34,603 nt of DNA from a bacterium (lineage in GTDB: Bacteria; Zhuqueibacterota; Zhuqueibacteria; Residuimicrobiales; Krinioviventaceae). The DNA lies in contig JAJRST010000546.1 in assembly GCA_024278645.1 (NCBI GenBank), positions 1 to 34,603 of the forward strand, in the 5' to 3' direction. Below, piece after piece: positions 24,786 to 33,679 of the stretch; within the stretch, counting starts at the first letter, position 1, and each line of letters begins with the position of its first letter. The notes under the pieces are model-generated. The model did not search any database. It worked only from the letters and a program-made list of their open reading frames with translations, and was not told the DNA's origin. The position numbers and the translations under genes were made by a program.

Positions 24786-24815
24786 TTGCTTAATAGAAGA
24801 AATTATCTGTATATT
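24786..24815 (+). promoter_or_regulatory. Candidate sigma70-type promoter for msbA
   Basis: TTGCTT (24786-24791), 18-nt spacer, TATATT (24810-24815), in an AT-rich divergent intergenic region. Confidence 0.3.
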
Positions 24816-24889
24816 ACGGTTTATTAAAAACGCTGCATGTTAATCAAAGTGCAACAAATAATCAAGCTTATAATAAAAAGTGTAAACGA

Positions 24890-26773
24890 ATGAATTTATA
24901 CGCCCGCGTTCTTAAATATGTCCGTCCTTACTGGAAGCCTGTGGCCATCGGCTTTTTCTTTACGTTGACCTTTGTGCTCTTTAATTCCATTTCCGTCTGG
25001 GTTTCCGCCGACTTTGTGCGCGAGCTGTTTATTTCAGAAAGAAGCATGACGCCGAAAGCAGCCGACATGGCACAGCCGCCGAACACTGAAAAGGCGCAAA
25101 CACGCGAAGACTGGGTTGCAAAGCAAATTGAAAAGCAGCGTGTTTATGAAAAGATGAAATCGAGCATACAATCCATCCTCGTCCGGGACAATCAAAAGGA
25201 TACTTTAAAGGTTGTCTGCGTCGTCATCTTTTTATCTTTTTTGTTCAAGAATTTGTCCATGTACCTGCATCGGGTGTTCTTTTATTACGCCCAGCTCAAG
25301 ATCGTTATTAAACTGCGCAACGAGTTGCAGGCGGTGATGCTGCGCATGCCGCTGTCTTTTTTTCATAATAAACATACCGGCAATTTAACCTCCATTGTTT
25401 TCAATGATGTGAACAGCATCCAAAACGTACTGGACAGCAGCTTTGTCAAAATATTTCTTGCGCCGATGCAAATTATCATCTACCTGGTGGTGCTGTTCCT
25501 GATAAGCTGGAAGCTGACTTTGGCCACACTGCTCATCCTGCCGGTCAGCGGCTTTATTATCATCAAAATCGGCCAAAGCATGCGGCGTAAAAGCCGGCGC
25601 GTCCTGGAACAGATTTCACAAGTGGTGACCGCTTTTCAGGAATCCATCTCCGCCATTCGCATTGTAAAGGCGTTTACGGCGGAGAAGAAAGAAATTGAAA
25701 AGTTTCGGCAGATTAACAGCGAGTATTTTAAAAAGGCCTTTCGCGCCAAACGACTGGACTATTTGACGTCGCCTCTCAACGAAACCATCGGCGTACTCAT
25801 CTTTTCCATCTTGTTATGGTACGGCGGCATGATGGTTTTTCGCGGAGACGGCATAAACGCGGAAGATTTTATGCGTTTTCTCATTTTTCTGTTTATGCTG
25901 TTCCAGCCGATGAAGCAGTTGTCCGGTTTGAATAACATTTTACAATCCGGCATGGCGGCGGCGGAGCGTATATTTTCCTATCTGGACACGCCGACCGAGG
26001 TGTATGATAAGCCGGGCGCCAAGACATTCGACTCCCTTGACGACCGGATTCTTTTCGACAGCGTCTATTTTTCCTATGCACCGGATATGCCGGTATTGAA
26101 AAATATCAACCTGACCATTAACAAAGGCGAGATGGTCGCCTTTGTCGGCCACAGCGGCGTCGGCAAGTCGACGCTTGTCGATCTCATTCCCCGGTTTTAT
26201 GACGTCAACAGCGGCAGCGTTTCCATTGACGGCGTCGATGTGCGCGATTACGAGCTGACCTCGCTGCGCGACAAGATCGGCATCGTGACACAGGAGACGA
26301 TCCTGTTCAACGACACGGTGCGCAAAAACATCGGCTATGGCTGCGAGTCCTATACCGACGAAGACGTCATCAAGGCGGCGAAAAACGCCAACGCCTGGGA
26401 GTTCATTGAAAAGATGGATCATGGACTGGATACTATCGTCGGCGAGCGCGGCGTCACAATTTCCGGCGGCCAGCGTCAGCGAATTTCCATCGCTCGCGCT
26501 ATTTTAAAAAATACGCCGATATTAATTCTCGATGAGGCGACTTCCGCTCTCGACACGCAATCCGAAAAACTGGTGCAAACGGCCATCGACAACTTGATGC
26601 AAAACCGGACGGTCTTGGCTATCGCGCATCGCCTGTCGACGATCCTCCACGCCGATAAAATAGTGGTCATGGAGGATGGGTGCGTCGTCGATGTGGGCAG
26701 GCATCAGGAGCTGCTGGAGCGCTCCGAGGTTTACCAGAAGCTGTACAATATGCAATTCCAGAATGATAATTAG
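24890..26773 (+). CDS. msbA: ABC transporter permease/ATPase, lipid A flippase MsbA-like
   Basis: N-terminal six-helix ABC_membrane region. Walker A GHSGVGKST, signature ISGGQRQRISIARA, Walker B ILILDEATSALD. It sits within an LPS locus. Confidence 0.8.
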   Translation: MNLYARVLKYVRPYWKPVAIGFFFTLTFVLFNSISVWVSADFVRELFISERSMTPKAADMAQPPNTEKAQTREDWVAKQIEKQRVYEKMKSSIQSILVRDNQKDTLKVVCVVIFLSFLFKNLSMYLHRVFFYYAQLKIVIKLRNELQAVMLRMPLSFFHNKHTGNLTSIVFNDVNSIQNVLDSSFVKIFLAPMQIIIYLVVLFLISWKLTLATLLILPVSGFIIIKIGQSMRRKSRRVLEQISQVVTAFQESISAIRIVKAFTAEKKEIEKFRQINSEYFKKAFRAKRLDYLTSPLNETIGVLIFSILLWYGGMMVFRGDGINAEDFMRFLIFLFMLFQPMKQLSGLNNILQSGMAAAERIFSYLDTPTEVYDKPGAKTFDSLDDRILFDSVYFSYAPDMPVLKNINLTINKGEMVAFVGHSGVGKSTLVDLIPRFYDVNSGSVSIDGVDVRDYELTSLRDKIGIVTQETILFNDTVRKNIGYGCESYTDEDVIKAAKNANAWEFIEKMDHGLDTIVGERGVTISGGQRQRISIARAILKNTPILILDEATSALDTQSEKLVQTAIDNLMQNRTVLAIAHRLSTILHADKIVVMEDGCVVDVGRHQELLERSEVYQKLYNMQFQNDN

Positions 26774-26833
26774 GTTTTAAAGGATACGGTCTGTTGGACT
26801 GCTATTATAACGAACAAGATTTGAGACGAGCCT

Positions 26834-27472
26834 ATGAGCAATTTGATACGTATTAATCCCGTAAAACCGGAGCATCATTTGATAGAGCAGGCCGCCGAGG
26901 TTCTCATCAGAGGCGGCGTCATCGGATACCCGACGGAAACAATTTACGGCATCGGCTGCAGCGCATTTGACGCCAAAGCCGTTGACCGCATTTACCAGCT
27001 CAAGAACCGCGACCGTAGAAAGGCCATGATTCTTGTCGCCGGCGACATTATCCAGGTCAGCGAGCTGGTGAAATCCATTCCCGAGGCGGCGGAGAAATTA
27101 ATTGAGAATTTTTGGCCCGGCCCCCTCACTATTATTTTTGAAGCCTCATCGCGTGTAAAAGAATTTGCCTTTGGCAAATCGAAAACAGTGGCCGTGCGCA
27201 TCCCGGCCTGTACAATCTGCCTGGAGCTCATCCGCGAAACCGGCTTTCCGCTGGTGTCGACAAGCGCCAACGTCAGCGGCCAGCCCGCGGGAACGACGGC
27301 GCAGCAGGGGGCCGAAGCGTTTGGAGATCAGCTCGATTTGATCGTCGATGGCGGGCGTACGCCGGAAACGGTGCCGTCTACGCTGGTGGATATAACCAGA
27401 ACCCCGGCGCGCATTGTACGCCAGGGCGCGATTTCCAATCTTGAAATCAATACCGTCCTCGAGACCTTGTAA
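26834..27472 (+). CDS. tsaC: L-threonylcarbamoyladenylate synthase (YrdC/Sua5 family)
   Basis: GGVIGYPTETIYGIGC, FWPGPLTII, LVSTSANVSGQP. Confidence 0.85.
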   Translation: MSNLIRINPVKPEHHLIEQAAEVLIRGGVIGYPTETIYGIGCSAFDAKAVDRIYQLKNRDRRKAMILVAGDIIQVSELVKSIPEAAEKLIENFWPGPLTIIFEASSRVKEFAFGKSKTVAVRIPACTICLELIRETGFPLVSTSANVSGQPAGTTAQQGAEAFGDQLDLIVDGGRTPETVPSTLVDITRTPARIVRQGAISNLEINTVLETL

Positions 27473-27518
27473 ACATATATATTTTTTGCAATTGTTCAGC
27501 GTGATTTTTAAAAAACTC

Positions 27519-27547
27519 TTGAAATTTAAGCAAAATATTGGTATGAT
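27519..27547 (+). promoter_or_regulatory. Candidate sigma70-type promoter for ssb
   Basis: TTGAAA (27519-27524), 17-nt spacer, TATGAT (27542-27547). AGGAGG RBS at 27584-27589. Confidence 0.55.
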
Positions 27548-27600
27548 TCTGTTATACTTAAATCAAGCGATACTAACTTAAAAAGGAGGGGATCGTAACT

Positions 27601-28038
27601 ATGGCATACGACAGCAAAGGCACCGTCAACAAAGTCATCCTCATTGGCAGGCTTGGACAAGACCCGGAGCTGAAATACACGCCCTCGGGCGCGGCCGTTG
27701 TAACATTGAGCGTTGCAACCAACACCTCGTACAAAGGTCAGGATGGCAATTACGTGGAAAATACGGAATGGCACCGGGTTGTGCTATGGCGCAAGCAGGC
27801 GGAAGCCGCTGCGCAATATACCAAAAAGGGCCATCGTGTTTATGTTGAAGGCAAGCTGACCACCCGCTCCTGGGATGACAAGGATGGCATAAAAAGGTAC
27901 ACAACCGAAATTCAGGCGGACAGCATTCAGTTTCTGGAGAGTCGTGCGGATTCTTCTTCCGCTCCGCCGCCGCCGCCACCGTCGGAGACGCATGTCGCCG
28001 AACCCAGCCCGGAGGAAGGGGACGATTTGCCGTTCTAG
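27601..28038 (+). CDS. ssb: Single-stranded DNA-binding protein
   Basis: [20 protein letters not shown]-fold N-terminus, TEWHRVVLW, Pro-rich linker and acidic tail ending DDLPF. Confidence 0.95.
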   Translation: MAYDSKGTVNKVILIGRLGQDPELKYTPSGAAVVTLSVATNTSYKGQDGNYVENTEWHRVVLWRKQAEAAAQYTKKGHRVYVEGKLTTRSWDDKDGIKRYTTEIQADSIQFLESRADSSSAPPPPPPSETHVAEPSPEEGDDLPF

Positions 28039-28088
28039 TCGTAAAACGTTTTGCGCGGCCGGATCGGACGTGTGCGCCAAAATTTAAA

Positions 28089-28120
28089 ATCCAAAGCTCG
28101 CGTTAGCTTTGGATTTTTTT
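28089..28120 (+). terminator. Rho-independent terminator after ssb
   Basis: Perfect 10-bp stem atccaaagct / agctttggat, loop cgcgtt, T7 tail. The upstream A-tract makes it look bidirectional. Confidence 0.8.
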
Positions 28121-28139
28121 CTATCACAAGGGACGACGA

Positions 28140-28538
28140 ATGGAGCTACAAAAACTTGTCAATCGAGCGATTGATGCAAAAAAGTTCGCCCTGTCAAGCT
28201 ATTCCAAATTTCCGGTCGGCGCCGCCCTGTTGACTGCTTCGGGCGAGGTTTATACCGGGTGCAACATCGAGTCCAGTTCTTACGGTTTGACCATGTGCGC
28301 CGAGCGGGTTGCGCTGTTCAAGGCGCTTTCCGAAGGAGAAAAGAGCTTCAAAGCCATTGCCATCGCCACGGATGTGGACGGCTTTTGTCCGCCGTGCGGC
28401 GCCTGCCGACAGGTGCTTTGGGATTTTGCCAAGGATATCACTGTTTATCTCGTCAACGCCCAAGGCGATCATCAAACGCTCCGGCTGTCCGAGTTTTTCC
28501 CCCATGCATTCGATGACGGGTTCTTGCACCATGACTGA
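28140..28538 (+). CDS. cdd: Cytidine deaminase
   Basis: CAERVALFKA (the C/H-A-E zinc site) and CPPCGACRQ motifs. 132 aa, as for the tetrameric class. Confidence 0.9.
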   Translation: MELQKLVNRAIDAKKFALSSYSKFPVGAALLTASGEVYTGCNIESSSYGLTMCAERVALFKALSEGEKSFKAIAIATDVDGFCPPCGACRQVLWDFAKDITVYLVNAQGDHQTLRLSEFFPHAFDDGFLHHD

Positions 28539-29166
28539 AAAGCGGCGCCAGCGTACAATACTTGTCGGCGTCGCCGGCGCTTCCGGTTCCGGAAAAAGTT
28601 TTTTTTCACATTTGCTTGAATCGAAATTGAAGGATTTTCGGACGCTCATCTTGTCGCAGGATGACTATTACAGGGACCATTCACACATCTCGATTATGCA
28701 GCGCACTCGCATGAATTATGACCATCCGGACGCCATAGATTTTGACCTGCTCGTCGAACAACTTTCTACTCTCAAATCCGGTCGGGCCATTCAACATCCT
28801 CTATATGATTTTGCAGTGCATAATCGCAAAAAGGAGACCAGGTCTGCCGGCCCCGTGGATGTGGTGATCGTGGACGGCATTCTCATCTATGTGCCGCAAA
28901 AATGCCGCGATCTGTTTGACTTTAAGGTTTTTGTGGATACGCCGCCCGACATTTGCCTGGTGCGCCGATTACGGCGCGACGTGCAGGAACGGGGTCGCAC
29001 CATGGAATCGGTGCTGCAACAGTATTTGAACACCGTTCGTCCGATGTTCGAAAAATATGTGGCGCCGACGAGCCGTTTTGCCGACTTTGTCGTCGAGGGC
29101 GTCGGCGATATGCTGGATGATGTGGAGCGCGTTCAAGAGGCCATTTTGTCTCTAAAACGTCCGTAA
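28531..29166 (+). CDS. udk: Uridine kinase
   Basis: The internal ATG 28531 gives MTEKRRQRTILVGVAGASGSGKS (P-loop near the N-terminus), NYDHPDAIDF, and VIVDGILI. It overlaps the end of cdd by 8 nt. The longer track ORF from 28309 runs inside cdd in another frame. Confidence 0.9.
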   Translation: MTEKRRQRTILVGVAGASGSGKSFFSHLLESKLKDFRTLILSQDDYYRDHSHISIMQRTRMNYDHPDAIDFDLLVEQLSTLKSGRAIQHPLYDFAVHNRKKETRSAGPVDVVIVDGILIYVPQKCRDLFDFKVFVDTPPDICLVRRLRRDVQERGRTMESVLQQYLNTVRPMFEKYVAPTSRFADFVVEGVGDMLDDVERVQEAILSLKRP

Positions 29167-29169
29167 GCA

Positions 29170-30399
29170 ATGCTGACATTATTAATAAAGAGGTGCGAGT
29201 TGAAAAAAATAGTTATTATGCCGCTGATTCTCTTTACATTGGCGGGCGTTTTGTCGGCGCAGTTGGCGCCCATAGACTCCTCCATGTTGTGCATGGGCAA
29301 ATACTGGACGCCGCAGGAAGGCGAACAGCAACTGCAAAAGTTCCGAAAACTTTATAGCAATAAAGCCGAGTGGCTGCGTCGCGCCGATCAGATTCGACGG
29401 CACATTCTTCAGGGCGCCGAACTGGATCCCCTGCCCGCAAAAACGCCGCTCAACCCGATTTACCGCAACCCGCGACAATACGACGGCTATACGGTGGTCA
29501 ATGTCGCCTTTGAAAGTCGTCCGGGAGTGTACGTGACCGGCAGCCTCTATCGCCCGGCGGATTCATCCGGCGTTCATGCCGGCATCCTCAGTCCGCACGG
29601 CCATTGGAACAAAAAAGAGGATTACGGTCGTTTCCGCCCGGATATGCAAAAACGATGCGCGACGCTGGCCAAAATGGGCGCCGTCGTATTCGCTTATGAC
29701 ATGGTCGGTTACGGCGATATGAGAGATCACGGCTGGATTCATCGCCATCCCCGTACCTTGAAATTGCAGCTCTGGAACAGCATTCGCGCCGTGGATTTTC
29801 TACTCTCGCTCGACGACGTCGACCCGCAGCGCATCGGCGTCACCGGCGCCTCCGGCGGCGGTACTCAGACCTTCTTATTGACGGCGGTGGACGACCGCAT
29901 CAAGGCCGCGGCGCCCATCGTCATGGTTTCGGCGCACTTTTTCGGCGGCTGCGTCGGCGAAAGCGGCATGCCGATTCACAAGGGCGAGGATTTTCAGACC
30001 AACAATGTGGAAATTGCCGCCTGCGCGGCGCCGCGACCGCTGTTGCTGGTCTCCGACGGCAAGGACTGGACGCAATATTCGCCCAAGGTCGAATACCCTT
30101 ATATAGAAAATATTTACCGCTTTTTTAATGCAAGCGACAATTTCGATCATGTGCACATTCCCGACGAGGGGCATGACTACGGCTATAGCAAACGCGTTCC
30201 CATGTACGTCTTTTTCGCCAAACATTTCGGTCTGGACATCGCTTCCGTGCTCGGCCTCGATTCGAGACCGGATGAGAGCTTTGTGGTGATCGAAGACTAT
30301 AAGGATATGATTGTTTTTAATGATGAAAACCCGTTGCCGCAACATGCCGTACGAAGCAATGATGCGGTAAACTGGGATTTTCATGCGGATGAAAAATAA
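29170..30399 (+). CDS. Secreted alpha/beta hydrolase (esterase/dienelactone-hydrolase-like)
   Basis: Signal peptide IMPLILFTLAGVLSAQ. Nucleophile elbow GVTGASGGG (G-x-S-x-G). Downstream HDYG. The start is uncertain within the first ~17 codons. Confidence 0.65.
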   Translation: MLTLLIKRCELKKIVIMPLILFTLAGVLSAQLAPIDSSMLCMGKYWTPQEGEQQLQKFRKLYSNKAEWLRRADQIRRHILQGAELDPLPAKTPLNPIYRNPRQYDGYTVVNVAFESRPGVYVTGSLYRPADSSGVHAGILSPHGHWNKKEDYGRFRPDMQKRCATLAKMGAVVFAYDMVGYGDMRDHGWIHRHPRTLKLQLWNSIRAVDFLLSLDDVDPQRIGVTGASGGGTQTFLLTAVDDRIKAAAPIVMVSAHFFGGCVGESGMPIHKGEDFQTNNVEIAACAAPRPLLLVSDGKDWTQYSPKVEYPYIENIYRFFNASDNFDHVHIPDEGHDYGYSKRVPMYVFFAKHFGLDIASVLGLDSRPDESFVVIEDYKDMIVFNDENPLPQHAVRSNDAVNWDFHADEK

Positions 30400-30473
30400 G
30401 CGCAATCGCATTTGATCAAAACCGGCAATTCCGTAAACGACCGGCTTTTGTTTTTCATGAATCAGGGCTGATT

Positions 30474-31112
30474 ATGGGCGTCACAATTCATTACAACGGA
30501 CAACTGGCGGATGAGGAAAAGCAGCGCCAACTGTGCCGCGAGATGGTCGATATTTGCACAAGCATGGAATGGCAGTTTCACAACGTCAACCCGGATCGGA
30601 AGGATGTCGCGCACCCGCCTGTGCATGGCATGTTTTTCATGCCGCACAAGAATTGCGAGGCCGTGGCGATTTTGTTTGACAATGCCGGCAATCTTGTGCA
30701 TATTTCGGCGTTGGCCGCTTACGACCCCAACCTTGCCGCGCAAAAGCAGGTCAGCGTCAAGACGCAATTCGCGTCGCCCTATATTCATATTGTGATTGTC
30801 AAATTGCTTCGCTATATAAAAACGAAATATATCCCCGCCTTGCAAGTGGTGGATGAGGGCGAATATTGGGCAAGGGAAGATCGCGATCTGTTGGATCATC
30901 TTTTTCGCGTCAACGAGGAAAACATCAAAAGGGTTGCCGAGTTGTTAAAGGATGCCAGCGGCAAATGGCAGCCGTCCGAATCCGGTTTGCGGCTTGTGCG
31001 GCAGATCGAGGATCAATTGCGCGCTCTTCTCAAGGATGACGTGGATATTAAACGACTGCAAAACAAGCCGTCGAAAAAGGATTTTGACGACTGGGATATT
31101 TCATTGAACTGA
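30474..31112 (+). CDS. Hypothetical protein (212 aa), no recognisable family
   Basis: Long ORF with coding-like composition, on the same strand and closely spaced with its neighbours. I see no motifs I can name. Confidence 0.5.
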   Translation: MGVTIHYNGQLADEEKQRQLCREMVDICTSMEWQFHNVNPDRKDVAHPPVHGMFFMPHKNCEAVAILFDNAGNLVHISALAAYDPNLAAQKQVSVKTQFASPYIHIVIVKLLRYIKTKYIPALQVVDEGEYWAREDRDLLDHLFRVNEENIKRVAELLKDASGKWQPSESGLRLVRQIEDQLRALLKDDVDIKRLQNKPSKKDFDDWDISLN

Positions 31113-31113
31113 T

Positions 31114-31332
31114 GTGATGACCGGCCTTGGGAAAACACTCATCCTCATTGGCGTCGTTCTGATCGTGATCGGCGCCATCGTCCTCCTGCTCGAACGTTTC
31201 GGCCTGCATTTGGGCCGACTGCCGGGCGACATTGTCTGGCGCAGAGGAAACACCACGGTATATTTTCCGATCGTCACCAGTCTGCTGCTGTCGGTTTTGT
31301 TGACGATTATTTTTCTTATTTTCAGACGTTAA
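31114..31332 (+). CDS. DUF2905 family small membrane protein
   Basis: Two hydrophobic helices flank LPGDIVWRRGNTTVYFPI, which matches the DUF2905 signature. The start is GTG 31114 or ATG 31117, 1-4 nt after the upstream stop. Confidence 0.7.
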   Translation: MMTGLGKTLILIGVVLIVIGAIVLLLERFGLHLGRLPGDIVWRRGNTTVYFPIVTSLLLSVLLTIIFLIFRR

Positions 31333-31356
31333 AGAGAGAACAGAAAGGAGAAGCGA

Positions 31357-31923
31357 ATGCTAAGCATCGTGCCCAGGGATATGGGATGGATCGAGGTCGT
31401 GTGCGGTCCAATGTTCAGCGGAAAATCCGAGGAATTGATCCGCCGGCTGCGCCGCGCTGAAATTGCCAGGCTCAAGGTGGCTATTTTCAAACCCGCCATT
31501 GACGATCGTTACGCCACCGGGCATATCGTCTCGCACAGCGCGCAGCGACTGCCGTCGATCCCGGTGTCCTCTTCGGCCGAGATTCTGGAAAAGGCGCGCG
31601 ACTCGCAAGTGATCGGCATCGATGAGGCGCAGTTTTTCGATATTGATTTGGTCGACGTCTGCCAGAAACTGGCGGATGACGGCAAGCGGGTCATTGTCGC
31701 CGGTTTGGATCAGGACTATCGCGGCAAGCCGTTCGAGCCGATTCCGCAGCTTTTGGCCGTGGCCGAATACATCACCAAAACGCTGGCGATATGCGTGCAA
31801 TGCGGCAGCCCGGCCAGCCGAACGCAGCGGTTGAGCAAGGATTCCGAGCGCGTCGTCGTCGGCGCCGCCGATATTTATGAAGCGCGCTGCCGCTTTTGTC
31901 ACGAGGTGCACGATGATGATTAA
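31357..31923 (+). CDS. tdk: Thymidine kinase
   Basis: [15 protein letters not shown]-loop, IGIDEAQFF, and C-terminal zinc site CxxC...CxxC (CVQCG, CRFCH). AGGAG RBS 8 nt upstream. Confidence 0.92.
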   Translation: MLSIVPRDMGWIEVVCGPMFSGKSEELIRRLRRAEIARLKVAIFKPAIDDRYATGHIVSHSAQRLPSIPVSSSAEILEKARDSQVIGIDEAQFFDIDLVDVCQKLADDGKRVIVAGLDQDYRGKPFEPIPQLLAVAEYITKTLAICVQCGSPASRTQRLSKDSERVVVGAADIYEARCRFCHEVHDDD

Positions 31924-31944
31924 AAACACTGACGCGGAGGTTCT

Positions 31945-33546
31945 ATGAGGTTTATCGGCATATTAGGAATTATTGTATTACTCGGCCTGGGCTACCTGCT
32001 TTCGACAAATCGCAAAGCAATACAGCCGCGCATCATTTTCTGGGGGCTAAGCTTGCAGCTCTTGTTTGCCACAATTATTCTTGGCAAATCGTTGCTTTCA
32101 TGGTCAGGCATGTTTGTCTTTATTTTGCTTATTCTCGTCTACCTTTTTGAGAATGAAATCCTGCGCAAATCAAAATGGATAGAGGTGCTTGCGCCCTCGG
32201 CCATTCTTCTTTTTACATCCCTGGGAATTATTATCGCCGCCTATTTTCTCGAGTCCATCGGCGTCGCAACCTATCTCTTTTGGGTTGTTGTTGTCGCCTA
32301 TTTGGTTTTTTTGCTGCTGAAAAAAGCCAAAGTTGTGCGTCTTTTCTTTTCCCTGCTCATGCTCATCGGTCTCGGCATAGTCATCTCCCGTGGTGTGTTT
32401 GGCAAGACCATCTTTGCAAAGTTGGCGGACGGGGTGACCCGCTTCCTCAGCCTGACGGATTTGGGCAGCGAGTTTCTCTTTGGCAACCTGGTAAAAACCG
32501 AATACTTTTCCGGCTCCGAAACATGGCCTGGATTTGGCTACCAATTTGCTTTTTCCGTCTTGCCGACGATTATCTTTTTTTCCGCCGTCATGTCCATTCT
32601 CTATTATTTCGGCGTCATGCAGGCGATCGTTAAAATGATGGCAAAATTCATGCGCTGGACCATGGGGACATCCGGCGCGGAGACGCTGTCCTGCTCTGCG
32701 AATGTTTTTATCGGCCAGACGGAAGCGCCGCTGCTCATAAAACCTTTTTTGGATGATATGACCCTGTCGGAACTGCATGCGATTATGGTGGGCGGATTTG
32801 CCACGATTGCCGGCGGCGTACTCGCCGGCTATATCCGCATGGGCATCGATGCCGGGCACTTGATCGCCGCCAGCGTCATGGCGGCGCCCGCGGCCCTGGT
32901 GATGGCGAAAATCATGCTGCCGGAAACAGAGCATTCGGTAACCGCCGGCGACGTCGATATACCCGACGTCGGGCGGGCGGACAATCTCCTCGACGCCGCC
33001 TCGAGAGGCGTCACCGACGGTCTCAAGCTCGCCGTTAATGTTGGCGCCATGCTGCTAGCGTTTATCGCCCTCATCGGCATTGTTGACGGGGTTCTCGGCT
33101 ATTTTGACAAACTTGTCGATTTTAAACTGTTGGGCGGTGTGTTGAATGACGCAACCGGTGAATATCGCGGCATTTTTCCCGGCAGCCTGAAAACTTTTTT
33201 CGGTACGCTTTTCCGGCCGATTGCCTTTCTGATGGGCGTGCCCTGGAAAGAGTCGCTGCAAGTCGGCAATCTGCTCGGCATCAAAATCGCCGTCAACGAG
33301 TTTGTCGGCTATGCTGAACTGGGCAAGCTTATGGCAAATAACGAGTTGTCCAAACGAGCGGCGACGATCGCCACTTATGCGCTGTGCGGCTTTGCCAATT
33401 TTTCTTCCATCGGCATTCAAATCGGCGGCATCGGCGCCATCGCCCCAAAACGACGCTCCGAATTGTCTCGCGTTGCTATGCGCGCCATGTTTGCAGGTGC
33501 GTTTGTCTCGTGGATATCAGCGTCGATCGCCGGGATGCTGATATAG
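31945..33546 (+). CDS. nupC: NupC/CNT family nucleoside:cation symporter with an extended N-terminal membrane region
   Basis: GTSGAETLSCSANVFIGQTEAPLLIKPF, MVGGFATIAGGVLAGY and CGFANFSSIGIQIGG are CNT hallmarks. GGAGG RBS upstream. Confidence 0.88.
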   Translation: MRFIGILGIIVLLGLGYLLSTNRKAIQPRIIFWGLSLQLLFATIILGKSLLSWSGMFVFILLILVYLFENEILRKSKWIEVLAPSAILLFTSLGIIIAAYFLESIGVATYLFWVVVVAYLVFLLLKKAKVVRLFFSLLMLIGLGIVISRGVFGKTIFAKLADGVTRFLSLTDLGSEFLFGNLVKTEYFSGSETWPGFGYQFAFSVLPTIIFFSAVMSILYYFGVMQAIVKMMAKFMRWTMGTSGAETLSCSANVFIGQTEAPLLIKPFLDDMTLSELHAIMVGGFATIAGGVLAGYIRMGIDAGHLIAASVMAAPAALVMAKIMLPETEHSVTAGDVDIPDVGRADNLLDAASRGVTDGLKLAVNVGAMLLAFIALIGIVDGVLGYFDKLVDFKLLGGVLNDATGEYRGIFPGSLKTFFGTLFRPIAFLMGVPWKESLQVGNLLGIKIAVNEFVGYAELGKLMANNELSKRAATIATYALCGFANFSSIGIQIGGIGAIAPKRRSELSRVAMRAMFAGAFVSWISASIAGMLI

Positions 33547-33679
33547 CTGGCGATCACTAATTACGCGAATTGTACGAATAACGCGAACCGGGACGAGAAT
33601 GAATCCGGCTTGAATCGTTAGCCGGCGTTTCGAACAAGATGCTAAAAACAATCAATACTTTGTAAAGGAGGCAATTATC

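Noticed and set aside
28309-28530. Long version of the uridine kinase ORF starting at 28309
   Set aside because: The first 74 codons overlap cdd in another frame and give an Arg/Pro/Ser-rich sequence. The P-loop-proximal ATG 28531 gives the normal Udk N-terminus.
30417-30456. Possible terminator after the hydrolase gene (aaaaccgg...ccggcttttgttttt)
   Set aside because: Only a 4-bp self-complementary CCGG core pairs cleanly. This is too weak to call.
25940-32934. Antisense ORFs 25940-26422, 29875-30411, 31360-31929 and 32170-32934 (all -)
   Set aside because: They lie opposite msbA, the hydrolase, tdk and nupC respectively, all of which have unambiguous motifs on the + strand.
33605-33630. 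Hairpin ccggct-N9-agccgg after nupC, considered as a terminator
   Set aside because: It has a 6-bp stem but the tail is cgtttcg rather than a T-run. It may contribute to termination, but I cannot support a call.
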